Positions 40,520 to 49,882 of a stretch of DNA of 64,000 nucleotides are shown here, in pieces (position 1 is the stretch's first letter; each line of letters opens with the position of its first letter). The stretch comes from a virus. Under the pieces are notes generated by a model. The model was not told the DNA's origin. It worked only from the letters and a program-made list of their open reading frames with translations, and searched no databases. Location of the stretch: positions 32,001 through 96,000 of IMG/VR virus record IMGVR_UViG_3300033273_000658; one strand, 5' to 3'. The position numbers and the translations under genes were made by a program.

Positions 40520-41451
40520 GTAACAACGTTAAAGACGGACATAAAAACAAACAATCGTATGCAAACACCAGAACAACAGGTAAAGAGCAGTATTATACTA
40601 ATCCGGATGTAGTTGACATGTGTATGGAAGAAGTTGCCAAACACATTGATCTTTCTGGTCGATTTATTCTAGAACCTTGTGGTGGAACTGGAGAGTTTAT
40701 TGAAGGCTTCAAAAGAGCTGGGATAACTGATGATAGGATAGTATCATACGACATTGAACCTAAACATCCAAAAGTTGTTTTGGGTAATTATCTGGAAACA
40801 GACATCGGTTTTAAAAATTATGTTTCAATTACAAACCCTCCATTCGGTAGAATGTCTACATTAGCCAAAAAATTTTTTAATCATGCGGCTGATCATAGTG
40901 ATTACATTTGTTATCTTATACCAAAATCTTGGAGAAAGTGGTCCACTAAAAACTCTTTAGATAGTCGATTTCATTTAATCTCAGACATTGAATTACCAAG
41001 AAATTGCTTTTACCTTCCGGAAGGCAAAGACACAAAGAAAGATGTACTTAACACAGTATTTCAGATTTGGGAAAAAAGAGACACTATTAGAAAAAAGATC
41101 ACCATACCAGACAATGGGTTAGTAAAAAAAATAAAACCAACAACAAAAACCGTCAAAGACAAAAACAACAAAGATGTTCAAAGGCCTGACCATGTTACTG
41201 GCGCAAATTTTGAAATGATTGTATTTGGGCATTCCTGTGGCAAGTTCAAAGATTTAGATCCTGCAAAAAAATACGATGCCAAAACAACAACAATGTATTT
41301 TAAAATAGATCGACAAGATGTCATTGACGCAATAAAACAGATTGACTTTTCAAAACATTATAATAATGTATCATACGTTCAAGCTTTATCTCTTCAAGAA
41401 ATAAACTATGAGCTGAATGAGTATTTTAAATTAAACAATTTCAAATTTTAG
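40516..41451 (+). CDS. N6-adenine DNA methyltransferase
   Basis: QYYT, LEPCGGTGEF, YDIEP and TNPPFG. Confidence 0.85.
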   Translation: MSNNVKDGHKNKQSYANTRTTGKEQYYTNPDVVDMCMEEVAKHIDLSGRFILEPCGGTGEFIEGFKRAGITDDRIVSYDIEPKHPKVVLGNYLETDIGFKNYVSITNPPFGRMSTLAKKFFNHAADHSDYICYLIPKSWRKWSTKNSLDSRFHLISDIELPRNCFYLPEGKDTKKDVLNTVFQIWEKRDTIRKKITIPDNGLVKKIKPTTKTVKDKNNKDVQRPDHVTGANFEMIVFGHSCGKFKDLDPAKKYDAKTTTMYFKIDRQDVIDAIKQIDFSKHYNNVSYVQALSLQEINYELNEYFKLNNFKF

Positions 41452-41459
41452 GAGAAACT

Positions 41460-41735
41460 ATGCTAGATAAAAAATTACAACAAGAAATTATAAAAAAATT
41501 CAAAGGAAAAGGAGGACCACCAGACACTGAATGCTCTATTATAGATAGTAAGGACATAAAAGAGTTTGTTGACCTTTTTGCCATGGCTTCTCTCGCAGCC
41601 AAGATTGCTGAACGTTGTTGGCCAGCAGTTAAAGAAGCGAGAATCACAAGCACTGGGGACGGTGTTATGTACAAGATTGACCGCAAGTATTTTCGTGGTC
41701 TTGAATATTGTTTCAAAATTTTCAAGGAGGAATAA
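41460..41735 (+). CDS. Hypothetical protein
   Basis: AGGAG RBS; 91 aa. Confidence 0.6.
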   Translation: MLDKKLQQEIIKKFKGKGGPPDTECSIIDSKDIKEFVDLFAMASLAAKIAERCWPAVKEARITSTGDGVMYKIDRKYFRGLEYCFKIFKEE

Positions 41736-41851
41736 TGAATCATTTAATGAACTGTCACGGCGAATGGAACATGTTGTTCGCTTGTGCATCAACAATGCCC
41801 ATACTTGGAGTATGGATTCGTTACAAACTTGGAGGTAAACATGACGAATGA
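41735..41851 (+). CDS. 38 aa hypothetical membrane-associated peptide
   Basis: AGGAGG RBS; MNHLMNCHGEWNMLFACASTMPILGVWIRYKLGGKHDE. Confidence 0.45.
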   Translation: MNHLMNCHGEWNMLFACASTMPILGVWIRYKLGGKHDE

Positions 41852-42146
41852 TATTAAAATTGTGGTAAACAAAGATTACCGAGACACAAAGTCAAAAGAG
41901 GAGCACATCGCTGATTATATCGAAAGTCTTGTTGCTATCGAAGAAGCAATGGAGCCCTACAAAGAGCAGAAGCGAGATCTTAAAAAAGAATACATTGAAA
42001 AACAATGGCTTTCCAAAGAAGACATTTCTCTTTCTGTTCGCGCTCTCCGTCTTCTCAAAGAGGACATTGACATTCCACAATTAATGGACATGTACATCAC
42101 CCTCAGACGCAAGCACGGAGTTCAGAAGGAGGAAGATGATGAATAG
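41841..42146 (+). CDS. GapR/DUF2312 or T4 DsbA-like dsDNA-binding protein
   Basis: IADYIESLVAIEEAMEPYKEQKRDLKKEY...SVRALRLLK helical pattern; start after GGAGG. Confidence 0.5.
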   Translation: MTNDIKIVVNKDYRDTKSKEEHIADYIESLVAIEEAMEPYKEQKRDLKKEYIEKQWLSKEDISLSVRALRLLKEDIDIPQLMDMYITLRRKHGVQKEEDDE

Positions 42147-42441
42147 AGCCCAACGTAGAAAATTGGGTATAAAAGGGAAGAAGCCTGATCTTGAAAAAAA
42201 GATTGGGCTTTTTGATAAATTACCCAAACAGTGTACTAATTGTGATGCACCCTATGATAAGAAAGATAAAAAGATGGCTATGACTTGGTCGGTTGTTGTT
42301 CGCGAACAAGAGAACAAGGTGAATCTTTATTGTCCAACTTGCTGGGATAATGCACACAAAATGCTAGATCAAATGAAAAGAGATTTAGCCGATAGACAAC
42401 AAATTAAAGCTTTAGGAGAAACAAATGAGAATAAGAATTAA
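42136..42441 (+). CDS. Zinc-finger hypothetical protein
   Basis: MNRAQRR start; CTNC...CPTC. Confidence 0.65.
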   Translation: MMNRAQRRKLGIKGKKPDLEKKIGLFDKLPKQCTNCDAPYDKKDKKMAMTWSVVVREQENKVNLYCPTCWDNAHKMLDQMKRDLADRQQIKALGETNENKN

Positions 42442-42841
42442 AAAAGTACACCCAGATGCTGTGATACCAAAATACGCTCACTTCGGTGATGCAGCAGTTG
42501 ATTTAGTCGCAACAAGAAAATGGGAAGATGACCATGGCAATGTTTGCTATGGAACAGGACTGGCTATGGAAATACCCCATCACCATGTCGGCTTGTTATT
42601 TGCTAGATCTTCTGTTTCAAAAACAGATCTTCGTCTTTGTAATGCTGTGGGTGTTATTGATGCTGGATACCGTGGCGAGATTATGTTGAAGTTTGATAAG
42701 AATGGCGAGAAACAATACGAACCAGGAGATAGAGTTGGGCAGCTTATGCTTGTCCCTATTCCATCTATCCAGTTTGTACAAGTAGCGAACCTTCCACAAT
42801 CTGATCGTGGTCTTGGTGGCTTTGGCTCTACCGGCAACTAA
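42425..42841 (+). CDS. dut: Trimeric dUTPase
   Basis: AAVDL, ARSS, GVIDAGYRGEI and RGLGGFGSTG. Confidence 0.95.
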   Translation: MRIRIKKVHPDAVIPKYAHFGDAAVDLVATRKWEDDHGNVCYGTGLAMEIPHHHVGLLFARSSVSKTDLRLCNAVGVIDAGYRGEIMLKFDKNGEKQYEPGDRVGQLMLVPIPSIQFVQVANLPQSDRGLGGFGSTGN

Positions 42842-42848
42842 TTAAGTT

Positions 42849-43175
42849 ATGGATAAGAAAGATAAATCAAAACGAATTGTGTTTGAGAGTACAACAAACA
42901 AGCATGCACAACTTAAGGTTCGGCTGCAATACGATAGTATGACGCAAGCCGAATTCTTTCGTTGCTTGATTGATGGCTATTTAGCCAAAGATGAAAGGCT
43001 TCTAGAATTTCTAGAAGGCTACAGAATAACTAATGGTAAAGATTCAAAGCGAAATGCTAACTATAGAAAAAAAGATAACAAGAAAGCAGAAGACCTATTA
43101 AACAAGTTTGGAATCAAAGATGACGAATTGGAAAACATCTTTGATTTAATCGAAGAAGAATTTCCTGATTTATAG
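42849..43175 (+). CDS. Hypothetical protein, possibly RHH-like
   Basis: KRIVF...HAQLKVRL...TQAEFFRCLIDGY. Confidence 0.55.
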   Translation: MDKKDKSKRIVFESTTNKHAQLKVRLQYDSMTQAEFFRCLIDGYLAKDERLLEFLEGYRITNGKDSKRNANYRKKDNKKAEDLLNKFGIKDDELENIFDLIEEEFPDL

Positions 43176-43235
43176 TGTTTTTTGGTTTTATTGTTCTATT
43201 TATTAAGAATTTATGTTTTAAGGAGATTATAAACA

Positions 43236-43820
43236 ATGAAAAAGAAAATTTTGTCTGAAGCCCAAGTTAAACGCTTCATGGGTCTCGCAGGAATCCAACC
43301 TCTTAATGAAATGTCTACGTACACGGAAGAGGAACATAAGGAAGAAGGAAAATCACGCAATCCAAATCCTACTAGTAGAAATGAAGGTCTTTATGAAGAA
43401 GAAGACGCAATGGAACCCCCAATGCCAGAAGATGAAGAAGGCATGGAAGATGTTGATGCGCAAATTGACGAAGATGTTCTAATGGACGCAGTTAAAAGCT
43501 CACTTGAAGTCCATGATGCACTTAAAAGTATAGCATCTTCTGCTGGACTCCCTGTGGATGGAGAGCCTGAAATGAGCGAAGAGCCCCCAATGCCAGAGCC
43601 CGATGATAAAGAAGATGAAGAGGATCCTGAAATGGGTGACATGGAAGACGAAGACATGGATGATGTTCTTAAAGAAGTTGAGATGGAACTCACAGAAAAA
43701 GAAGAACAAGAAATGCAAGAAGAAATCGTTAACGAAGTCGCTCGTCGTGTTGCAAAGCGCATTGTTGAAGCAAAACGTGCTCATAAGCGTATGAACGAGG
43801 CTCTCGGTCGTAAAAAGTAA
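43236..43820 (+). CDS. Acidic prohead core/scaffold-like protein
   Basis: LSEAQVKRFMGLAGI start, D/E/M/P-rich body and EIVNEVARRVAKRI end; late motif at 43195. Confidence 0.55.
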   Translation: MKKKILSEAQVKRFMGLAGIQPLNEMSTYTEEEHKEEGKSRNPNPTSRNEGLYEEEDAMEPPMPEDEEGMEDVDAQIDEDVLMDAVKSSLEVHDALKSIASSAGLPVDGEPEMSEEPPMPEPDDKEDEEDPEMGDMEDEDMDDVLKEVEMELTEKEEQEMQEEIVNEVARRVAKRIVEAKRAHKRMNEALGRKK

Positions 43821-43827
43821 TTATTTC

Positions 43828-43856
43828 TTGACAGTTACATAAAATTGTGTTATACT
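43828..43856 (+). promoter_or_regulatory. Sigma70 promoter for clpP with AGTTACATAAAATT across the -35 box and spacer
   Basis: TTGACA-N17-TATACT; the 14-mer is identical to the 50.6-50.9 kb repeat. Confidence 0.7.
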
Positions 43857-43861
43857 ATAAA

Positions 43862-43892
43862 GACTGGGGGCGGAAATCCTCGGTCTTTTTTT
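43862..43892 (+). terminator. Rho-independent terminator/attenuator hairpin
   Basis: GACTGGGG/CCTCGGTC followed by T7. Confidence 0.6.
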
Positions 43893-43906
43893 ACTTAGGA
43901 GGTTAC

Positions 43907-44620
43907 ATGAAACACATTATTGAAAGAATCGTAAGGTTCGCAAAAGAAAAGAAAGGAAAAAAGAAATCAAAGGCTGAGGAACCAGCAAAGGAAGTTACAG
44001 AAGAAACCTCCGATAAACAAGAGGAAAAACCAGCTATTGATGTGCAAGCATTATTAAGCGGTATGGCGGATGAAATGGAGAGTAGAACAATGCTTCTCCA
44101 AGGTGAAGTCAATGAAGAGAAAGCAGGAGAAATTATCTCAGGTTTTTTAGCACTAGCAGACCTTAAACCACCCAAAGGAGAACTCAAAGAAGGTGAGATG
44201 CCTTATGACCCAATCACAATGTATGTGTCGACTTATGGTGGTTCAGCAGATGAAATGTTTGCTATCTTTGATATTATGAATCATTGCAAAAAATCATGCC
44301 ATATTGAAACAATTGGGATCGGGAAGGTCATGTCAGCAGGTACCCTTATACTTGCTGCCGGTACGAAAGGAAAGCGAAAAATTTCTAAAAACTGTCGTGT
44401 TATGTTACATCAAGTATCAGCCGGAGCATTCGGTCCCCTATTCAATATGACAACAGAGATTGATGCCATTCAAAAGCTTCAAGATCAATACATTGACGCT
44501 ATGGCTTCTTGTACAAACCTATCAAAAAGGAAGTTGAAATCACTACTTAATGAGAGGGTTAATGTTTATTTGACAGCCGAAGAAGCAGTTGAATATGGAT
44601 TAGCTGACATTATTATTTAG
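43907..44620 (+). CDS. clpP: ClpP-family protease
   Basis: YVSTYGGS, GKVMSAG, RVMLHQ and YLTAEEAVEYGLAD; start after AGGAGG. Confidence 0.88.
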   Translation: MKHIIERIVRFAKEKKGKKKSKAEEPAKEVTEETSDKQEEKPAIDVQALLSGMADEMESRTMLLQGEVNEEKAGEIISGFLALADLKPPKGELKEGEMPYDPITMYVSTYGGSADEMFAIFDIMNHCKKSCHIETIGIGKVMSAGTLILAAGTKGKRKISKNCRVMLHQVSAGAFGPLFNMTTEIDAIQKLQDQYIDAMASCTNLSKRKLKSLLNERVNVYLTAEEAVEYGLADIII

Positions 44621-44630
44621 AGGTTATAAA

Positions 44631-45518
44631 ATGCAAGACAAGATATTTTACAATGAATCATCCGCACAATCTTTGGGCTGGGAACCTTCCTGGCTCGGAG
44701 CAAAAGGATTTGATGATGCTTTGATTAGAAAGATTCGTACTTTCCAACGAGAGAATGGACTCAAACCCGATGGTCTTCTTGGGCCTGGAACATATCGTAG
44801 ACTTTTGGCTCATCGTGAGGCCCAAGAAGAATATAATAATCATGTTGAGATCCAACCTGGGGAGAAAGCAATTCTCTACAAGGGCAAGAAGTTTCCAATC
44901 AAATGGGATAAGGTTGTCCTCCCATCAGATCCAGGCGGCATGGAACACGATAACGGTTATCAGCACATGAAACGCAAGCGCCAAGTATCCATGTTTGTGG
45001 CTCATTGGGATGTCTGTCTTAATTCAAAAACATGTTTTAAGGTTCTGAACAAGACAAGCCGTCAAGCTTCAATACACTTTGCTATTGATAATGACGGAAC
45101 TATCTATCAGTTCCTTGACATGAATCATATTGCTTGGCATGCTTCCAAGCGTATGGTAAACAAGAAGTCTGTTGGTGTGGAGATCTCCAATGCTTATTAT
45201 CCCAAGTATCAAAACTGGTATAAGAAGAATGGTTTTGGAGAGAGACCAATGATAACAGACGCAACTGTTCATGGAAAGAAGATGGAACCATTTATGGATT
45301 TCTATCCTGTGCAGAAAGAAGCATTGAAAGCACTCATGGAAGCTGTGCACAATGCCCTTGGTATTCCTTTGGAAGCACCCGAAGGAGACACCGTTGTTAA
45401 AGATGTTGCATCAGCAAAGTATAAAGGTTTTGTACACCACTACAATGTGGTTAAGAACAAGATTGATTGTGCTGGTCTAAACTTAAATAAATTAATAAAA
45501 GAAATAAAAAACACTTGA
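44631..45518 (+). CDS. Endolysin: peptidoglycan-binding domain plus N-acetylmuramoyl-L-alanine amidase
   Basis: FQRENGLKPDGLLGPGT; SIHFAIDNDGTIYQ, AWHA, SVGVEI and HH...KIDC. Confidence 0.85.
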   Translation: MQDKIFYNESSAQSLGWEPSWLGAKGFDDALIRKIRTFQRENGLKPDGLLGPGTYRRLLAHREAQEEYNNHVEIQPGEKAILYKGKKFPIKWDKVVLPSDPGGMEHDNGYQHMKRKRQVSMFVAHWDVCLNSKTCFKVLNKTSRQASIHFAIDNDGTIYQFLDMNHIAWHASKRMVNKKSVGVEISNAYYPKYQNWYKKNGFGERPMITDATVHGKKMEPFMDFYPVQKEALKALMEAVHNALGIPLEAPEGDTVVKDVASAKYKGFVHHYNVVKNKIDCAGLNLNKLIKEIKNT

Positions 45519-45564
45519 CAACTACCAAAACCGTGTTATATTATTGTATAAGCTTGGAGGCTAA

Positions 45565-47139
45565 ATGTCAAAACAATATAGTAACGGGTCTTCTCTTAAC
45601 GAGAAGATCCTTAAAGGTATGAACGTTCTTGCAGACAATGTGGGAACAACCCTTGGTCCAAAAGGACGCAATGTTATTCTTTATGATAAGAAACAAAACA
45701 TCCCTGTGATCACAAAAGATGGTGTAACCATCGCAAAGTTTGTGGAACTTGAAGACCCATTTGAAAACGTCGGTGTTCAAATCCTAAAACAAGCAGCAGA
45801 ACAATCTGCAAACAAAGCTGGTGATGGAACCACAACCACCACCGTCTTGACTAGAGGAATCATCAACAAGGCTCAGAAGTATCTGACCTCTGGTGTTTCT
45901 CCTATTGAACTCAAACGTGGTATGGACAAAGCATGTGAAGTTATCTGTGAGAAACTTGCAGAACATGCGAGACCTATCCAAACAGAAGAAGACATCTTTC
46001 ACATCGCAACTATTTCTGCTAACAACGACAAGTCTATTGGAACATTAATCTCCAAGGCTATCGATGCAGCAGGTAAAGATGGGACAGTTCTTGTTGAAGA
46101 AGCTCGCTCTGTTAATACATCACTTGATCTCATCGAAGGATTTCGTTTCGATAGTGGCTACATTTCGCCCACATTTATCACGAACGAACGCGCTGGTACG
46201 GTAGACTACGATAGTCCTCTTCTGCTCGTTACAGATGAAAAAGTTGAGACAATAGAACAAATTTTACCTACTCTAGAACTGGCTGCGAGAGAGTCTCGTC
46301 CTCTCATTATTGTTGCTGGTGAAATGGAAGGTCAAGCGTTGGCTGCTGTGATTGCAAATGCTGTCCGTGGCACAATGAAAGTTGCTGCTGTCAAGGCTCC
46401 GAGATACGGAGAAGAAAGACGTAACATCCTCAAAGACCTTTGTGCCTCTGTTGGTGCGACTTTCGTTACAAGAGAAAACGGATTGACCCTGAAAGAAGTT
46501 AAACTAACACACTTCGGTCAATCAAAAAGAATTACAGTATCAAAAGCTTGGACAACAATCGTAGGAGGTAAAGGTGATGAAGAAGAAATTGAAAAGCGTA
46601 TTGAGGCTGTTAAGGCCCTCATTGCTGAAGAAGAGGATCTCCGAGTCTGTGAGCGTCATCAAGAGCGAATCACTAGATTGGCATCCGGAGTGGCCGTTAT
46701 AAAGGTTGGTGCTGCAACTGAGGTTGAAATGATTGAGAAGAAGCATCGTATTGATGATGCTTTGGAAGCTGTTCGTTCGGCACAAGAAGAAGGTATCGTT
46801 CCTGGTGGCGGTGTTTCATTGCTTAAGTCTGTATCTGATATCCAGATTCAAGCAGATAATGATGAGCAAGCCTTGGGTGCCAAGATTGTTGTTGAAGCAG
46901 TTGAAGAACCTATCCGTCAAATGGCAAAGAATGCTGGTCTGTCACCTGACCTTGTTGTTCAGCAAGTTCGTGAGACAACTAGTTTCAATCATGGTATGAA
47001 TTTCTTGACCGGAGACATAGTTAACCTACTAGATTCAGGTGTTATTGACCCAGTTAAAGTTACAAAGTGCGCGTTGCAAAATGCAGTCTCTGTATCATCA
47101 ACTATTATCACAACTAGCCACGCGATTGTGAACTCCTGA
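45565..47139 (+). CDS. groEL: Chaperonin GroEL
   Basis: TLGPKGRNV, TKDGVT, GDGTTT, GIVPGGG and IDPVKV; promoter at 45515-45542. Confidence 0.96.
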   Translation: MSKQYSNGSSLNEKILKGMNVLADNVGTTLGPKGRNVILYDKKQNIPVITKDGVTIAKFVELEDPFENVGVQILKQAAEQSANKAGDGTTTTTVLTRGIINKAQKYLTSGVSPIELKRGMDKACEVICEKLAEHARPIQTEEDIFHIATISANNDKSIGTLISKAIDAAGKDGTVLVEEARSVNTSLDLIEGFRFDSGYISPTFITNERAGTVDYDSPLLLVTDEKVETIEQILPTLELAARESRPLIIVAGEMEGQALAAVIANAVRGTMKVAAVKAPRYGEERRNILKDLCASVGATFVTRENGLTLKEVKLTHFGQSKRITVSKAWTTIVGGKGDEEEIEKRIEAVKALIAEEEDLRVCERHQERITRLASGVAVIKVGAATEVEMIEKKHRIDDALEAVRSAQEEGIVPGGGVSLLKSVSDIQIQADNDEQALGAKIVVEAVEEPIRQMAKNAGLSPDLVVQQVRETTSFNHGMNFLTGDIVNLLDSGVIDPVKVTKCALQNAVSVSSTIITTSHAIVNS

Positions 47140-47166
47140 AACTAGTTACTAGTGGAGGAATTTACT

Positions 47167-47433
47167 ATGACAAACAGTGACATAACACACTTGACCCAAG
47201 CTATTATGGAGCTGAAAGGTCAGATCGAAAGAATGTCTGAGCGCCAAGAAGAAATGGTTGAAGACGTTAAGAAAATTAAAGAGGCGGTATACAACCCAGA
47301 TGAAGGTTTGTATGCTCGCCTTAGAGCATTAGAACAGTGGCAAGAGAATCAATCAAAGATACAATGGTTTGTGTTGACGAGTATTTTTGGTCTTATCATG
47401 ACAACTGTATATAAAATGATAATTGTTACTTGA
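47167..47433 (+). CDS. Holin-like/XhlA-like membrane protein
   Basis: Coiled coil plus a single C-terminal TM helix; late motif at 47141. Confidence 0.45.
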   Translation: MTNSDITHLTQAIMELKGQIERMSERQEEMVEDVKKIKEAVYNPDEGLYARLRALEQWQENQSKIQWFVLTSIFGLIMTTVYKMIIVT

Positions 47434-47458
47434 CAAATGCTCTGAAACATGTTATAAT
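47430..47458 (+). promoter_or_regulatory. Consensus sigma70 promoter
   Basis: TTGACA-N17-TATAAT. Confidence 0.8.
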
Positions 47459-47478
47459 TAAATATACTTGGAGGTATT

Positions 47479-47766
47479 ATGAGAGTAAGAATAAGTTATT
47501 CGGTAGAACTAGAAGATGTACCGGGTGAATGTGCACGTATGCTTCATGATTCTTTGGAGCACGTTGAAGAAGTACGCGAAGAAATTGTTGAGCTGGTCAA
47601 ACAACTTGATGATGATAAAGGGCAGGCATGGCTTGTCAAAGATAAAATTGATAGAACTAGACAAAAACTAGCAAAGCTTGATGCTGTCCTATCAGATAAT
47701 GACATGATCTTGGAAGGTTATTTCAAAGCCAAAGAGCCGGAGGTTGAAGATGCTAGCGAAGGGTGA
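47479..47766 (+). CDS. Hypothetical coiled-coil protein
   Basis: MRVRISYSVELEDVP; GGAGG RBS. Confidence 0.7.
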   Translation: MRVRISYSVELEDVPGECARMLHDSLEHVEEVREEIVELVKQLDDDKGQAWLVKDKIDRTRQKLAKLDAVLSDNDMILEGYFKAKEPEVEDASEG

Positions 47767-47962
47767 TCTCGTACGGGTTCCGGCTAACAGTTGTTTGACA
47801 CAAACTCAGTCGGAGCTTCACTTGATTGATAGATACACGTATCTTGAAAAACCAACACTTGGTATTTTTATTAAGTATGTTGGTAGACAGGCACTGTTGT
47901 TTATTAATGAGAACTACTGGAGAGTAGATACAAAAGATGTTAGATATGTAGGAGCAGCATAA
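47750..47962 (+). CDS. SH3/KOW-like 'KGDLV' family protein
   Basis: MLAKGDLVRV...LGIFIK. Confidence 0.6.
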   Translation: MLAKGDLVRVPANSCLTQTQSELHLIDRYTYLEKPTLGIFIKYVGRQALLFINENYWRVDTKDVRYVGAA

Positions 47963-48255
47963 TGAGCACATTAGTAGAATTAATTGAGATTAAAAAAGAT
48001 ACAAAAGGAAATTACATGTTGAACACCATCTATGTAAATCCGAATCAAATTGTATTCATGCAAGAGAATCGACAAATCAAACAACAACTACAAGAAGGAA
48101 AGATAAGTCTTGGACTAAATCAGAACTTCACACAGTTTACAGACATTAGAATGAACTTCTCTTCTTATGTTTCTAATGTCACAGTGGTTGGAGATCCCGG
48201 TTTGATTGAGACAAAGATACACAAACAAAGTTTTAAACAGTTGCTGAGAGACTAG
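47962..48255 (+). CDS. FlbD-like small protein
   Basis: LVEL...IYVNPNQIVFMQE pattern. Confidence 0.45.
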   Translation: MSTLVELIEIKKDTKGNYMLNTIYVNPNQIVFMQENRQIKQQLQEGKISLGLNQNFTQFTDIRMNFSSYVSNVTVVGDPGLIETKIHKQSFKQLLRD

Positions 48256-48308
48256 TTCTGTCTAAAACAATTATTTTTCAACTAAAATAATTATAAAACG
48301 GAGGTAAA

Positions 48309-48572
48309 ATGAAAAAATACATAGTTTATGGAAGATCAAGCTGTCCTTATTGTATTAAGGTAGTGAACAAGTTATTGAGAGGTGGTAAGACATTTTATGT
48401 TGAACTGCACGATAGCACACCAGAAAAATTAGAAGAGGTTAAGAAAAGATTTAACCACCCAACAATTCCTGTTGTTACTTTTATAGACGACACAGAGATT
48501 CTTATCGGTGGTTGCGACGATACGATTGACCATCTTAAAAAAGAGAAGTCGAATGACGCTAGTGAGACATAA
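48309..48572 (+). CDS. Glutaredoxin
   Basis: CPYC, TIP and IGGCDD. Confidence 0.9.
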   Translation: MKKYIVYGRSSCPYCIKVVNKLLRGGKTFYVELHDSTPEKLEEVKKRFNHPTIPVVTFIDDTEILIGGCDDTIDHLKKEKSNDASET

Positions 48573-48765
48573 GCAACAAAAGTTCTTTGAGATTCTAGGT
48601 TTTGGAATTGTATTAGAAGACCACGGATACAAAGTCTTAGTAAGGTGGATTAATCCAAAGTCTCATAAACATACTCAACACATAATGACAAAGAACGCAC
48701 TACTCTTTCTTGACCCAAACGAGAAAGATTGTATTAAAGAACCGGAGATAATATGGAAAAATTAG
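48553..48765 (+). CDS. Small SH3-like protein, paralogue of 54263
   Basis: LVRHK...GFGIVLED...VLVRW. Confidence 0.55.
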   Translation: MTLVRHKQQKFFEILGFGIVLEDHGYKVLVRWINPKSHKHTQHIMTKNALLFLDPNEKDCIKEPEIIWKN

Positions 48766-49118
48766 ATGATTTTACAACAATGAAGCCGTGGGGACACGAG
48801 ATTCGTTTTGCACAGAATGATAAATACCTTGGAAAGATCCTTTATATCAAAAAAGGCCACAGGCTTTCAAGACAGTATCATGAGCTAAAAGACGAGACAA
48901 TTTTCGTTCAACATGGCACCCTTATACTAGAGCTAGGTTCACCTGACGTAGGCAGTTTTGAGCGCAAAATTCTTGGATACGGGGAAAGATTTCGTATACT
49001 TCCGGGAGTGATCCATCGTTTTTGTGCCCCTGATGATGCGCCGGTTACACTTATTGAAGTTTCAACACCTGAGATTAATGATGTTGTAAGGCTTGAAGAC
49101 GATTATAAAAGAGCATAG
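48753..49118 (+). CDS. Cupin (mannose-6-phosphate isomerase type II-like)
   Basis: KPWG, LSRQYH..KDET, HRF, EVSTP and VVRLEDDY. Confidence 0.85.
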   Translation: MEKLDDFTTMKPWGHEIRFAQNDKYLGKILYIKKGHRLSRQYHELKDETIFVQHGTLILELGSPDVGSFERKILGYGERFRILPGVIHRFCAPDDAPVTLIEVSTPEINDVVRLEDDYKRA

Positions 49119-49174
49119 TTAGTCTCCGTTTGCTCACCCTTCTCTCTATTTACTGTAGGGGGGAGGGTTTTTTT

Positions 49175-49882
49175 ATGTTATTGAGTTTAATTTTGGCTTG
49201 TACTTTAGGGTACAATTATGACAATGAAGGGGTGTCGTTATCGTTTGAACAGACAGCAGCAACTCATTATTTTTATTATGATAAGGCAGTAGAATCTTCC
49301 GTTAGAATTTTATCTTATTCCGGAGAAGAAGAGACTGGACATGCATCTGGCAACTACTTTAAATTGGGACAACACAGATTTATTATTACAGCAGCTCATG
49401 TTGTCACGGATGGAGACGATCTTTATGTTGAAGACTACAAAGATAAAGTGGAACTTGAGATTGTTGGTATTGATGTAGGAAACGATATTGCATTTGCTAT
49501 ACCAAAAAAGAATTTAAAAAGCGCAAAGCCCGTAAACTATAGAACAAATAAAAAACTAAACATTATAGGAGATACGATGGTATACGCAGGGTACCCTGCT
49601 GACTTAAATAAATCTGTATTTCATGGAACAGTTTCTACAGAAGCTAGATATTCTTTTATAATGCAATCTTTTGCTTTACCAGGAGCTTCTGGTTCTGTTG
49701 TTTTTGATAACAAAGGTTTGGCTGTTGGAGTGCTAAGTGCAATCAAGGTGGGGTACTCCGGAATCAGCCCATGGCCTCAGCTACATGGTTCCCTTGTTTA
49801 TGTTAATCGATTGAATTTTTATGACAAATACATGCTAGAGGAGTTGTTGGTGAAGTGGAAAAAATTAAAGTCGGAACTCTGA
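49175..49882 (+). CDS. Trypsin-like serine protease with signal/lipoprotein N-terminus
   Basis: ITAAHV, NDIA and PGASGS; MLLSLILAC. Confidence 0.85.
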   Translation: MLLSLILACTLGYNYDNEGVSLSFEQTAATHYFYYDKAVESSVRILSYSGEEETGHASGNYFKLGQHRFIITAAHVVTDGDDLYVEDYKDKVELEIVGIDVGNDIAFAIPKKNLKSAKPVNYRTNKKLNIIGDTMVYAGYPADLNKSVFHGTVSTEARYSFIMQSFALPGASGSVVFDNKGLAVGVLSAIKVGYSGISPWPQLHGSLVYVNRLNFYDKYMLEELLVKWKKLKSEL

